Shown here: piece by piece, positions 8,936-18,431 of the stretch
Layout: each line of letters begins with the position of its first letter
Numbering within the stretch: position 1 is the first letter of the stretch
Assembly: GCA_963758295.1 (NCBI GenBank)
Contig: CAVWUU010000001.1
Span: 32,001-96,000, forward strand
Length of the DNA: 64,000 nt
Direction of reading: 5' to 3'
Origin: Candidatus Eremiobacteria bacterium
Lineage (GTDB): Bacteria; Vulcanimicrobiota; Vulcanimicrobiia; Vulcanimicrobiales; Vulcanimicrobiaceae
Program-made: the position numbers and the translations under genes
Notes under the pieces: model-generated
What the model was told of the DNA's origin: nothing
The model's database searches: none
What the model saw: only the letters and a program-made list of their open reading frames with translations

Positions 8936-10084
8936 CTACAATCCCATTAAGCGGGCGATCACCAGACGTTGAACTTCGTTGGTGCCTTCGCCGATTTCGT
9001 TGATCTTTTGATCGCGGTACATGCGCGAGACCGGATACTCGTCCATGAAGCCGTAGCCGCCGTGAATTTGCACGGCTTCGTTGACGACGCGGCGTGAAAC
9101 TTCGGCTGCGTAGAGCTTTGCAAGCGAAGCGGTTTGCACGTAATCGCGGCCATGGTCTTTCTCCCACGCGGCCTTCAGAATCATGAGCTTTGCGTGCTCG
9201 ATTTCGCACAGCATGTCGACGAGCTTGAATTGAATCGCTTGGAACTTGCTGATCGGGCTGCCGAACGCGCTGCGATCCTTAGAATACTGAAGGGCTTCGT
9301 CGTAGGCACCCATCGCGAGTCCAATCGAAAGCGCCGCGACCGAGATTCGGCCGCCGTCCAAGATGGTGAGGAATTGCTTGTAGCCCTCGCCTCGTGGTCC
9401 AAGCAAGTTTCCTTCGGGAACCGCCGCATCGTTGAAGCTCAGCTCGCGCGTGTCTGATGCGCGCCAGCCCATCTTCTTGTACTTCTTGCTACGCGAGAAA
9501 CCGGGCGTTTGCTGATCGACGATGATGTTCGAAATCTCGGTTCGGCCGTCCGGGCGCGTGCCGGTGGCCGCCGTGATCGTCGTGCCGCCGCTCATGTCGG
9601 TGCCTGAGTTGGTGATGAAAGCTTTCGTGCCGTTGATTACCCACTTGCCGTCTTTGAGCTGGGCCTTCGTTTGAACGTTGCCCGCGTCGCTGCCCGCATT
9701 GGGTTCGGTGAGGCCGAATCCCCACAGCATTTTTCCCTGCGCCAGAGGCACGAGGTACTTTTGCTTTTGCTCTTCCGTGCCGAAAAGATAAAAAGGCGTA
9801 GCCCCAAGCGACACGTGCGCAGCCATCGTAATAGCGGTGGACGCATCGGCTCGTGCGATTTCCATGACCGCCAGTGCATAGCTCACCGTATCGCCGCCGG
9901 CACCGCCATACTCTTCGGGGAACGGCAATCCCATAAAACCGAGCTCGGCCATCTTGGTCACGAGTTCGTAGGGGAATCGCTCCTCGCGGTCCATCTCCTC
10001 GGCACGCGGCTTCACTTCTTGTTGAGCGAACTCGCGAGCAAGGCTTTGAATCGCTTTCTGCTCGTCGGTCAAATCGAAATTCAT
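8936..10084 (-). CDS. Acyl-CoA dehydrogenase
   Basis: FGLTEPNAGSDA, NGTKAFITN, QIHGGYG and IGEGTNEVQR motifs. Confidence 0.95.
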   Translation of the reverse strand: MNFDLTDEQKAIQSLAREFAQQEVKPRAEEMDREERFPYELVTKMAELGFMGLPFPEEYGGAGGDTVSYALAVMEIARADASTAITMAAHVSLGATPFYLFGTEEQKQKYLVPLAQGKMLWGFGLTEPNAGSDAGNVQTKAQLKDGKWVINGTKAFITNSGTDMSGGTTITAATGTRPDGRTEISNIIVDQQTPGFSRSKKYKKMGWRASDTRELSFNDAAVPEGNLLGPRGEGYKQFLTILDGGRISVAALSIGLAMGAYDEALQYSKDRSAFGSPISKFQAIQFKLVDMLCEIEHAKLMILKAAWEKDHGRDYVQTASLAKLYAAEVSRRVVNEAVQIHGGYGFMDEYPVSRMYRDQKINEIGEGTNEVQRLVIARLMGL

Positions 10085-10131
10085 AGCCCGGAGGTATAGC
10101 TCGTGCCCCTAAGAAAAACCCTTTTGCAGCG

Positions 10132-10842
10132 ATGATCTCTTTGCGTGGCGTCTCACTCGTGTATCCCAACGGTGTGCGCGCTCTCGACAATGTAAGTCTG
10201 GAGATCGGCAAGGGAGACTTTGTCTTCCTCGTGGGCCACTCCGGCACCGGGAAATCCAGCCTCCTCCGCCTCCTCTACCGCGAAACGATCCCGACGACGG
10301 GTGATATTACGGTAGACGGCATTCGCGTTGACAAGTTGAAGCGCGGGCGTGTCCCTGCGCTCCGCCGTCACCTCGGCGTCATCTATCAAGACTTCAAGCT
10401 CTTGAGCGAAAAGACGGTCTGGGAGAACGTTGCCTTCGCGATGCAAGTCACCGGCGCGCATACGAAGGACATTATGCGGCAAGTGCCGCGCGCGCTAGAT
10501 CTCGTCGGGCTCTCTCATAAGAGCCGCATGTTCCCGGGCGAACTCTCGGGCGGCGAACAACAGCGGACCGCCATTGCACGCGCGCTCGTTAACAATCCGA
10601 AGATTCTTCTCTGCGACGAGCCGACCGGCAACCTCGATCCGTCCAACACGACGGAAATCATGGAGCTTCTGCTCCGCATCAACTTAAAGGGCACGACCGT
10701 GATCGTTGCCACGCACAACCAAGCCGTCGTCGATCGCATGCGGCGTCGCGTCATTCGCATGGAAGACGGCAAGATCGTTACAGACGAAGAACGGGGCTAT
10801 TACTATCTTGGACTGGGGCAAGGTCAAGTTCTTTCTGGGTGA
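10132..10842 (+). CDS. ftsE: Cell division ATP-binding protein FtsE
   Basis: GHSGTGKS, YQDFKLL, LSGGEQQR and DEPTGNLD motifs. Followed by ftsX. Confidence 0.93.
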   Translation: MISLRGVSLVYPNGVRALDNVSLEIGKGDFVFLVGHSGTGKSSLLRLLYRETIPTTGDITVDGIRVDKLKRGRVPALRRHLGVIYQDFKLLSEKTVWENVAFAMQVTGAHTKDIMRQVPRALDLVGLSHKSRMFPGELSGGEQQRTAIARALVNNPKILLCDEPTGNLDPSNTTEIMELLLRINLKGTTVIVATHNQAVVDRMRRRVIRMEDGKIVTDEERGYYYLGLGQGQVLSG

Positions 10843-11689
10843 GGTGTTGCGCAATTTCACGCGCAACGCCGGGATGCAAGCGACGGCCATCGGAACCGTC
10901 GCCATCACCATCATCCTCCTCGGTGCCTTTCTCTTCATCCGCGCAACGCTCGCGGGATTAGGCAACGAAGTCCTCAATCAAATCGAAATCTCGGTCTATA
11001 TGGACACGAGTGCTTCAACGCAAGCTCTCGATTCCGCGCGGGCGACGATTTTGCACGATCCGCGCGTGATGTCGGTAGACTACGTTTCCAAGAAGCAGGG
11101 CCTCGTAGAGCTGCGCGATCGCACCCGCGGCATCATCGACACGTCGCTGCTTACGGAAAACCCGCTTCCAGATAAGCTTCGCGTGCGGGTAAAAGATCCC
11201 GCAAGCGTCACGAACGTCGCCGCGCAGATTCGCAAGATCAAAGGCGTCGGCAACGTCGTCTATCCGCAAACGATCGTCGAACGGCTGCTCCAGCTCGGCA
11301 ACGTGCTACGCCGCATCGGCCTCATCGTTATCGGCGTGTTCCTGCTCGTCGCGGGAATCATCATTTCGAATACAATCCGCTTGACCGTGTTCGCGCGCCG
11401 TCGCGAAATCTCGATCATGCAACTGGTCGGCGCGACCAACATGTACATCCGCGCGCCGTTCATCTGCGAAGGCTTCCTCGACGGACTGCTCGGTTCGCTG
11501 GCAGCCGTCATAGTGCTTGGAGTCGCCCGCACCGTTTTGTGGCCGAAACTGCTGATCGCTATTCCGTGGGTACAGCTCAACGCAACGACGGTCGACCTGC
11601 CCATCCTGATCGCGGAACTCTTCGTCGCAGGCGGCGCCATCGGCGTCATAGCGTCGTGGATTTCGGTCGGGCGGCACCTGCGGACGTAG
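10808..11689 (+). CDS. ftsX: Cell division permease FtsX
   Basis: Four-TM layout with ENPLP and ISNTIRLTVFARRREI.IMQLVGAT..YIRAPF motifs. TTG start at 10808. Confidence 0.93.
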   Translation: MDWGKVKFFLGEVLRNFTRNAGMQATAIGTVAITIILLGAFLFIRATLAGLGNEVLNQIEISVYMDTSASTQALDSARATILHDPRVMSVDYVSKKQGLVELRDRTRGIIDTSLLTENPLPDKLRVRVKDPASVTNVAAQIRKIKGVGNVVYPQTIVERLLQLGNVLRRIGLIVIGVFLLVAGIIISNTIRLTVFARRREISIMQLVGATNMYIRAPFICEGFLDGLLGSLAAVIVLGVARTVLWPKLLIAIPWVQLNATTVDLPILIAELFVAGGAIGVIASWISVGRHLRT

Positions 11690-12688
11690 ATGAGCTTTTT
11701 GCGGGTCGATATCGGCTTTGATGCGCTCGCTCACCTCATCTCGGACGGCATCGTCTTTGTCGGGCTAGATGAGCGCGTCGTCGCGTGGAGCGACGCCGCG
11801 GCGAGCATCACGGGAATCGGCGCCATTCAAGCAATCGGAAGAACTCTCGACGAGCTATTCGCGCATCTCGAGCCCGCATTGCAGTTCGCGGCCGTGCCTC
11901 AACCGGCGAAGCTGTGGACGCGCGACGAAAACCGCCGCGGCCTGCACGCGACGATTCTCTCCGTCGAAGACGGGTGGGTGCTCTCGTTCGGGCGGCAGCA
12001 ACAGTACGCGCAAATCGAAACGCTGCGAGCGGAAATCGTCGCCGCGGTTTCCCACGAGTTGAAAACACCCATCGCGACGATCAAAGCCTTTGCAACGACG
12101 ATGCGCGCGAACGCCGAGGCCGTCTGGACCGATCGCGACGAGTATCTCGGAACGATCGAAAAGGAAGCCGATCGTTTAGCGCACGCGGTCGACGACCTTC
12201 TGAGTGCCGGTCGCGTCGAGGTGGAACATCTGCCCGAGCACCGCGGCCGTTGTGAGGTCAACAGCGTCGTGGATGCCGCACTGGAACGCTTGGACTACTC
12301 GGCGCGTCCCCGCCTGATTCGCAAGGTGGACGGCGTGAGCATTACCGCAGATCCCGGCCAAATCAGTACCGCTTTGGCTCATGTAATCGAGAACGCGCTG
12401 AAGTTTTCTCCCGACACGTCCGAAGTAGTGGTCGAGGCCACGGGTGACGAGCGAAGCACGAAAGTGCGGGTCGTCGACCGCGGAATCGGCATTGCCGAGG
12501 AGCACATGCCCTATGTTTTCGATCGTTTCTACCGCGTCGATTCGCGGCTAACGGCAACCGCCGGCGGAAGCGGCCTCGGCCTCTACGTCGCGCGCTCCAT
12601 TGTGAAAGCGCACGGCGGCACAATCTCTATTGAAAGCAAACCCGGCGCCGGATGTGCCGTCACCCTCACCCTTCCGGTGCGCGAATGA
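11690..12688 (+). CDS. Cytoplasmic PAS-domain sensor histidine kinase
   Basis: PAS-like N-terminus, H-box VSHELKTP, ENALKFS, DRGIGI and GSGLGL motifs. No TM helix. Confidence 0.9.
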   Translation: MSFLRVDIGFDALAHLISDGIVFVGLDERVVAWSDAAASITGIGAIQAIGRTLDELFAHLEPALQFAAVPQPAKLWTRDENRRGLHATILSVEDGWVLSFGRQQQYAQIETLRAEIVAAVSHELKTPIATIKAFATTMRANAEAVWTDRDEYLGTIEKEADRLAHAVDDLLSAGRVEVEHLPEHRGRCEVNSVVDAALERLDYSARPRLIRKVDGVSITADPGQISTALAHVIENALKFSPDTSEVVVEATGDERSTKVRVVDRGIGIAEEHMPYVFDRFYRVDSRLTATAGGSGLGLYVARSIVKAHGGTISIESKPGAGCAVTLTLPVRE

Positions 12689-13641
12689 AGCAATTGAACG
12701 ACCAGGCTCAACACCGCGTCGTCGTCGTAGACGACGATCGCAACCTGCGGAAAATTATCGCGACGAACTTGGAACTCGCGGGGTTCTTCGTGGAAACCGC
12801 GGCCGACGGACACGAAGCACTCGAAAAAATCGAAGCGGTGATGCCGGACATCGTGCTGCTCGACTTGATGATGCCGTTCATGGACGGCTATGAAGTCGCG
12901 CGCCACATTCGCGGACATCAGAATCCGACGATCGCCAACGTTCCGATAATCATTCTCACCGCAAAAGGGGAGACGGAAGACAAACTTCGCGGATTTGAAG
13001 CCGGCGCGGACGACTACATCACCAAGCCGTTCGGTCCGCAAGAACTGCTTGCGCGCGTGCGCGCGAAAATCCGCCGGGTGGAAGTCGACTCGTCGCTCTC
13101 TCCGCTGACGCGCCTGCCGGGCAACCTCGCGATTGAAATGGAGCTGCGCCGCCGGCTCGATGCCGGGGATCCGTTCGCGGTGCTCTATCTCGACTTGGAC
13201 AACTTCAAAGCGTTCAACGACGTCTACGGCTTCACGCACGGTGACGAAGCCATTCAGATGCTCGCTCGCATCAGCGTCGATGCGGTGCGCCGTCGCGGAA
13301 CGATCAATGACTTCGTCGGCCACATCGGCGGTGACGACTTCATTATCGTTACAGAGAACGGCCGCGCCGAAGAGATGGCTCGCGAAATCATCGTTGAATT
13401 CGACCGTGACATTCGCTCCCTCTATTCGCCGAAAGATCTGCGCGCCGGCTACATCGAAACGCGCGATCGCCGGGGCGCTCTTAACCGCTATCCGATTATG
13501 ACGCTCTCAATCGCGATCGTGTCGAACGACAAGCGCCAGTTGACCAATTACGCGCGAGTCGGCGAAGCCGCCGCCGAACTGAAGCGCTTTGCGAAATCGA
13601 TCTCCGGTTCCGTATTCGTAAAGGACAAACGCCGCTCATGA
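12685..13641 (+). CDS. Response regulator with GGDEF (diguanylate cyclase) output
   Basis: REC domain (VDDD, LDLMMP, KPF) plus DLDNFKAFNDVYG..GD and GGDDF. ATGA overlaps at both ends. Confidence 0.9.
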   Translation: MKQLNDQAQHRVVVVDDDRNLRKIIATNLELAGFFVETAADGHEALEKIEAVMPDIVLLDLMMPFMDGYEVARHIRGHQNPTIANVPIIILTAKGETEDKLRGFEAGADDYITKPFGPQELLARVRAKIRRVEVDSSLSPLTRLPGNLAIEMELRRRLDAGDPFAVLYLDLDNFKAFNDVYGFTHGDEAIQMLARISVDAVRRRGTINDFVGHIGGDDFIIVTENGRAEEMAREIIVEFDRDIRSLYSPKDLRAGYIETRDRRGALNRYPIMTLSIAIVSNDKRQLTNYARVGEAAAELKRFAKSISGSVFVKDKRRS

Positions 13642-14851
13642 TTCTGCGCCGGACGCTTGCCGTCGTTCTAATTCTGCTGCGTCGCGCCAACGATGACGAT
13701 GGCGAAGACGCACAAGCCGACGTTGCAACAGCGCATCGAACTCGAGCGCGAGAAAAGCGAGGCGCTGCAGGCGCGCCTGCACGCGAAGCGGCAAGATCTC
13801 AACGCGGCAACGCTGCACGTCAACGATCTTCAATCGCAGCTGCACGAAACCAACGCTGCAATCGGGCAAGTGAACGCGCATCTCGACGATCTGTCGGTGC
13901 AGACGCGCTCCACGCAACGAAAGCTCGACTGGAACACGATTCAGCTCGACGCGGCGCCGGCGCAGCTTGAATCTGCACGATACGCTGTTGAAGAAACGCC
14001 TCGTAGACATTTACGAAAACGGCGACATGGGCTATGCGGCCGTGCTGCTTTCGGCGCGCTCGTTCAGCGAGTTTGTCGAACGCTGGGAAGACTTACGGCT
14101 GCTCATCGCTTCCAACGAAAAGGCTGTGCGCACTCGCAAGGCCGCCGAAGCGAAGGTCGCGTCCGTGCAGACCGCATTGCAGAGCGCGCAAGTGGAACTG
14201 GACCACGAACAGCAAGAGCAGCAACAAGCGCGCAGCCAGCTCGACGGTCTTGCAAAAGAGCGCGCTAACTTGGTCGCCATTGCAGACAACCAAAGGCAGC
14301 ACGTCGCGAGCGAAGTCAACGAAATCGAGAATCTGTCGGCCGCCGAAGAGTCGCAGCTCGAGGCGCTGATCCAAGAACGCCAGCGCGAGCTCGAGGCCGA
14401 AAGAGAGCAGGCACGCCGGGCGGCAGGCATCGCGGGCAATCCGATCCCCAAGAGCGAGGGAGCAAGCGGCGGGTTCAGCTGGCCTGTCTCCGGGACGATT
14501 ACATCGCCGTACGGCTATCGCGCGAATCCGTTCGGCGGCGCACCGGACTTCCACCCCGGCTTGGACATCGCGGCTCCGATGGGAACCACCGTCACGGCGG
14601 CCGCCTCGGGCACCGTCATCCTGGCACAGTGGTACGGCGGCTATGGCAATTTCGTGATGATCGATCACGGGGGCAGCATCTCCACCGGCTACGGCCACCT
14701 CTCGGCGATCTACGTCTCGGTCGGCCAGCAAGTTCAGCGCGGGCAGGCGATCGGCGCCGTGGGCAGTACCGGTCACTCGACCGGGCCGCATGTCCATTTT
14801 GAGATCCGCGTCAACGGCAAGCCCGTCGACCCGACTCCCCGGTTACATTAA
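13638..14851 (+). CDS. Coiled-coil M23 peptidase / murein hydrolase activator (EnvC-like), two apparent frameshifts
   Basis: Signal peptide from 13638, coiled coil in the 13693 and 13967 frames, M23 domain with HPGLD, YGHLS and STGPHVHFE. Frame switches at ~13680 and ~13957. Confidence 0.85.
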
Positions 14852-14915
14852 GAAATAGCAAGTATCTTATCGAGGGTAGAAACCTCGAGGGTACTTCGCC
14901 GGGTAGAGAGGATCA

Positions 14916-16328
14916 ATGACCGCTACATTCCGCGCGCTGCTTGCAGCGCTAATCGTCGTCGTTGTCGCCAGCGCCGGTGCGCTATACGTTGGATATCGCA
15001 ACGGCGTGCAAAGCGCGCGCGCGCACGACCTAGCCTTCAACGTTGCCACTACGGGCGACGTCAGTTCGTTATTTAACGGTCCGCAGGGGGAAGCGCAGCT
15101 TCTCGGCGTTGCGTTGCAGAAACTGGAAACGAACTACTATAAGCCGGTCGATCCTCAAGACACTATTCGCGGAGAAGAGAAAGCCCTCACCGATTTTCTT
15201 CACTCGAAGAAGATCGCGCATCCGACGCTTCCGAACGAAACCGCCGACGGCAATCCGCAAGAAGACAGCACGCGACTTGCAAGCGTTCTGACATACGCGC
15301 AATCGCACTACGCTTCGCAGTTGGGGCTTAACGCCGGAACGGATCTAACCGAAACGGCGCTGCGCGGCGTGATGGATTCCGTCAAAGATCCGTACACCGT
15401 TTATCTTTCCCCCCGCGAAATGCAGGGGCTTTCGGAATCGCTTTCCGGCGGAAACTTCGGCGGAATCGGCGTTTACATCTATCAGTTGAAGACGGGCGAA
15501 ATCGTGCTGCAGCCGATCGATGGCCTTCCGGCATCGCGTGCCGGCATGAAGCCCGGTGAAGTCGTAGACACCGTTGACGGCAAGTCGCTCAAAGGCGTGC
15601 CGATCGATTCCGTCGAGCGTTTGATTCGCGGCGAAGCCGGGTCCGCGGTCCGGATGACGACGCACATGTATAAGAAGAGCAACGAACGCCGCTATACCAT
15701 CGAGCGGGAAATCATTCACGTGCCCACCGTGCGCGCCAAGATCGAGAATGGTTACGACTACATCCGCCTTTCCGACTTCGGCGAAACGTCGGCGTCTGAA
15801 ATGAAGAAAGCGCTGCTCGACGGCAAAGCCAAGGGCGCCAAAGGCTACATCCTCGATCTCCGCGACAATGGCGGCGGCCTGGTAGATGCAGCGGTAAAAA
15901 TCTCGAGCTACTTCATTCCGCAAGGCGTCATCGTCTCCACGATCGACCGCATGGGCAACAAAGAATCGCAAGAAGCCGACGGCGACGCGATCGGCGGCTT
16001 GCAACCGCTCGTTATCTTGGTGAACAAATACACGGCCAGCGCCTCCGAGATCACCTCCGGCGCGCTCCAAGATTACCATTTGGCTAAACTGATCGGAACC
16101 AAGACCTTCGGAAAAGGTGTTGTCCAGAGCATCTACCCAATGCCCGACGACGGCGCCTTGAAGATCACGACGGCGAAATACGTAACGCCGCTCGGCCGCG
16201 ACATTCAGCACAAAGGCATCATGCCCGACGTCCTGGTCAACCAGAGCGTCGACCCGGCGTTGATCGATACGCCGGCCGACAAACAGCTTGCCGCCGCAAA
16301 GGCACAACTAAGCAAACTTCTACGTTAA
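14916..16328 (+). CDS. ctpA: S41 C-terminal processing peptidase with PDZ domain
   Basis: DPYTVY, GIGV, DLRDNGGG, TASASEI and TFGKGVVQ motifs. Confidence 0.92.
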   Translation: MTATFRALLAALIVVVVASAGALYVGYRNGVQSARAHDLAFNVATTGDVSSLFNGPQGEAQLLGVALQKLETNYYKPVDPQDTIRGEEKALTDFLHSKKIAHPTLPNETADGNPQEDSTRLASVLTYAQSHYASQLGLNAGTDLTETALRGVMDSVKDPYTVYLSPREMQGLSESLSGGNFGGIGVYIYQLKTGEIVLQPIDGLPASRAGMKPGEVVDTVDGKSLKGVPIDSVERLIRGEAGSAVRMTTHMYKKSNERRYTIEREIIHVPTVRAKIENGYDYIRLSDFGETSASEMKKALLDGKAKGAKGYILDLRDNGGGLVDAAVKISSYFIPQGVIVSTIDRMGNKESQEADGDAIGGLQPLVILVNKYTASASEITSGALQDYHLAKLIGTKTFGKGVVQSIYPMPDDGALKITTAKYVTPLGRDIQHKGIMPDVLVNQSVDPALIDTPADKQLAAAKAQLSKLLR

Positions 16329-16336
16329 CAAGGCAG

Positions 16337-17698
16337 ATGAATAAAGCGCATTCGCTTCTCCTCGCGGCCCTTTTCGCCGTGACGCTGACTCAGATTCCTA
16401 CGGCTACTCCCGCCGCATCGCCCGATACGCTTCCCGCACTGGAAGCGAGCGAAATTCAGACGAGCTATCAAAATCTGACAACGGAGTTTTACAAGAAGGT
16501 CGACCCGCAAACGGTCCTGGACTCCGTTCACGATCAGCTCGCGGCGAAGCTAAAGCAAGCCGGCGTCGCGCGGGGCGTCGCACCACTTCACGCAACCGGC
16601 GCGCCCTCGACGAACGTTCGCACCATCGACGTCGCCGTTACGAACGCGCAACATGCGGCGGGATCGAAACTTTCCACGCGCGATCTCAGCTACGCCGCGA
16701 TCGCCGGCATAATGGATTCGGTGCACGACCGGTACACGGTTTTCTTAAACCCGAAAGACTTCGCCGACCTGAATCAAGGGTTGGACGGATCGGATTTCGG
16801 CGGAACCGGCATCGTGATTCAGGTCGACGACGCCACGAAGTACATCGATGTAAGCAACGTCGTCCCCGACGGTCCGGCCGATAAAGCGGGCATCCAGCAA
16901 GACGACGTCATCACCGCGATCGACGGCGTCAGCACCAAGGGCATGGCGATGGATAAAGCCAGCGCGCATCTCCGCGGCAAAGAAGGCACCGTTGTTTCGA
17001 TCCAGATTCAGCGCGACGGCAAAACGCTTTCGCCGATCAGCATCACCCGTGAGAAGATTCACCAGCTCAGTGTCTTCGAGAAGATGCTGCCGAACAAAAT
17101 CGGCTACGTCGCGTTGACGGTGTTCGGCCGCGACACCGGAAACGAGCTCGCGATCGCGCTCGATCGTCTGCAGCGGGACGGCGCGCGCGCCATCATTATG
17201 GATCTTCGCGAAAACGGTGGCGGCTATTTGGACGCAGCCGTAGCGGTGAGCTCCAAATTCATCTCTTCGGGCCCAATCGTCTCGATCGAATCGCGCGGCT
17301 CCAGCATCACGACGCGTGAAGCCGACGATACGGCAATCACGCCCGTGCCGCTAGCCGTGCTCGTGAACGGCCACACCGCTTCCGCGTCGGAAATCACCGC
17401 CGGAGCTATTCAGGATACCGGCGTTGGCACGATCATCGGCACGAAGACGTTCGGCAAAGGCGTCGTGCAGTCGATCTTCCCGCTGCCGGATAAATCCGCC
17501 GTGAAGATTACGACTGCCCGTTACCTCACGCCGCACAACCGCGACATCAATCACCTAGGCATCTTGCCGGACATCGTCATCACCGAAAACAAAGGCGCTC
17601 GTTTCGGCGACCCTTCCAAAGACGCGCAACTCAAACGCGCCGTCGACTACATCGACGACCGCGTCGCACACCTCGATGCCGACAACGGCAAAACGTAA
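16337..17698 (+). CDS. ctpA: Second S41 C-terminal processing peptidase
   Basis: DLRENGGG, TASASEI and TFGKGVVQ motifs plus a signal peptide. Tandem paralog of the preceding gene. Confidence 0.92.
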   Translation: MNKAHSLLLAALFAVTLTQIPTATPAASPDTLPALEASEIQTSYQNLTTEFYKKVDPQTVLDSVHDQLAAKLKQAGVARGVAPLHATGAPSTNVRTIDVAVTNAQHAAGSKLSTRDLSYAAIAGIMDSVHDRYTVFLNPKDFADLNQGLDGSDFGGTGIVIQVDDATKYIDVSNVVPDGPADKAGIQQDDVITAIDGVSTKGMAMDKASAHLRGKEGTVVSIQIQRDGKTLSPISITREKIHQLSVFEKMLPNKIGYVALTVFGRDTGNELAIALDRLQRDGARAIIMDLRENGGGYLDAAVAVSSKFISSGPIVSIESRGSSITTREADDTAITPVPLAVLVNGHTASASEITAGAIQDTGVGTIIGTKTFGKGVVQSIFPLPDKSAVKITTARYLTPHNRDINHLGILPDIVITENKGARFGDPSKDAQLKRAVDYIDDRVAHLDADNGKT

Positions 17699-17737
17699 AC
17701 ACACACGCGCGCACCTGGAAAGCGCCCGTAACCTACG

Positions 17738-17767
17738 CAAAAACGCCCGCCTCTTACGGCGGGCGTT
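17738..17767 (-). terminator. Intrinsic terminator (U-tract on the minus strand; may act in both directions)
   Basis: AACGCCCGCC-TCTTAC-GGCGGGCGTT 10-bp stem with a T-run on the minus strand, between convergent operons. Confidence 0.75.
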
Positions 17768-17801
17768 CGTCATGCTGAGCTGTTCGAAGCGTAACGAGCG
17801 G

Positions 17802-18431
17802 CTAATCGAATAAAGCGTGTTCGATTTCGGCGAAAGAAGTGAAGGCATCGTGAGGCACCCCGCGTTGCGTGAGGTACGCTTCGAGCGCGCGTCCGGCTTT
17901 GGCGAAACGGCGGCCGGCGGCAAGCGACGCTTCGTAATCGGAAGGGCCGTCGCCGACGAAGACGGTTTGCGATCCACGCGCTTTTGCGGCGCAAACGTCG
18001 GCGGCTTTGTCATGGCCGTTGTCGGAGTCATCGCGGAATTCGAAGCGCCATCCCTCCGGCGACGCGTCGATGCCGTTTGCGAGAATAGCTACGCGTGAGA
18101 GGTTGTTCCGTTCGAAAGCGCGCTCGATGAGCGGCTGAACGCCGGACGACAACACGGTGAGCTTCGCGCCTTCGCGTTCGCAGCGCTCGACGAACGAAGC
18201 GAACGCCGGATCGAAGGCGGTTCTTTCGCGCAAGAGCGCGTCGGCTTCATCGAGCGAAGCGCGAACGCCCAAAGCTTGCGCGGAAAGCACTTCGCGTAAC
18301 GTCATGCTCCCCGCGTGCAGTTTCTCTTCGAGCTCGTCCCATCGGTGCGCGCCAACAAAGGCGCGTACCAGCACGTCAAACGTATCGAGATCCGTTATCG
18401 TCCCGTCGTAGTCGACGAAGACCTCGAGCAT
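17802..18431 (-). CDS. HAD-IB phosphatase, MtnX-like
   Basis: VDYDGTIT, VLSSG and VGDGPSD motifs. Confidence 0.8.
   Translation of the reverse strand: MLEVFVDYDGTITDLDTFDVLVRAFVGAHRWDELEEKLHAGSMTLREVLSAQALGVRASLDEADALLRERTAFDPAFASFVERCEREGAKLTVLSSGVQPLIERAFERNNLSRVAILANGIDASPEGWRFEFRDDSDNGHDKAADVCAAKARGSQTVFVGDGPSDYEASLAAGRRFAKAGRALEAYLTQRGVPHDAFTSFAEIEHALFD

Noticed and set aside
13638..14851. M23/EnvC-like gene appearing as three ORFs
   Set aside because: Two indels (~13680 and ~13957) rejoin the signal peptide, coiled coil and M23 domain, matching the error pattern seen elsewhere in the window.
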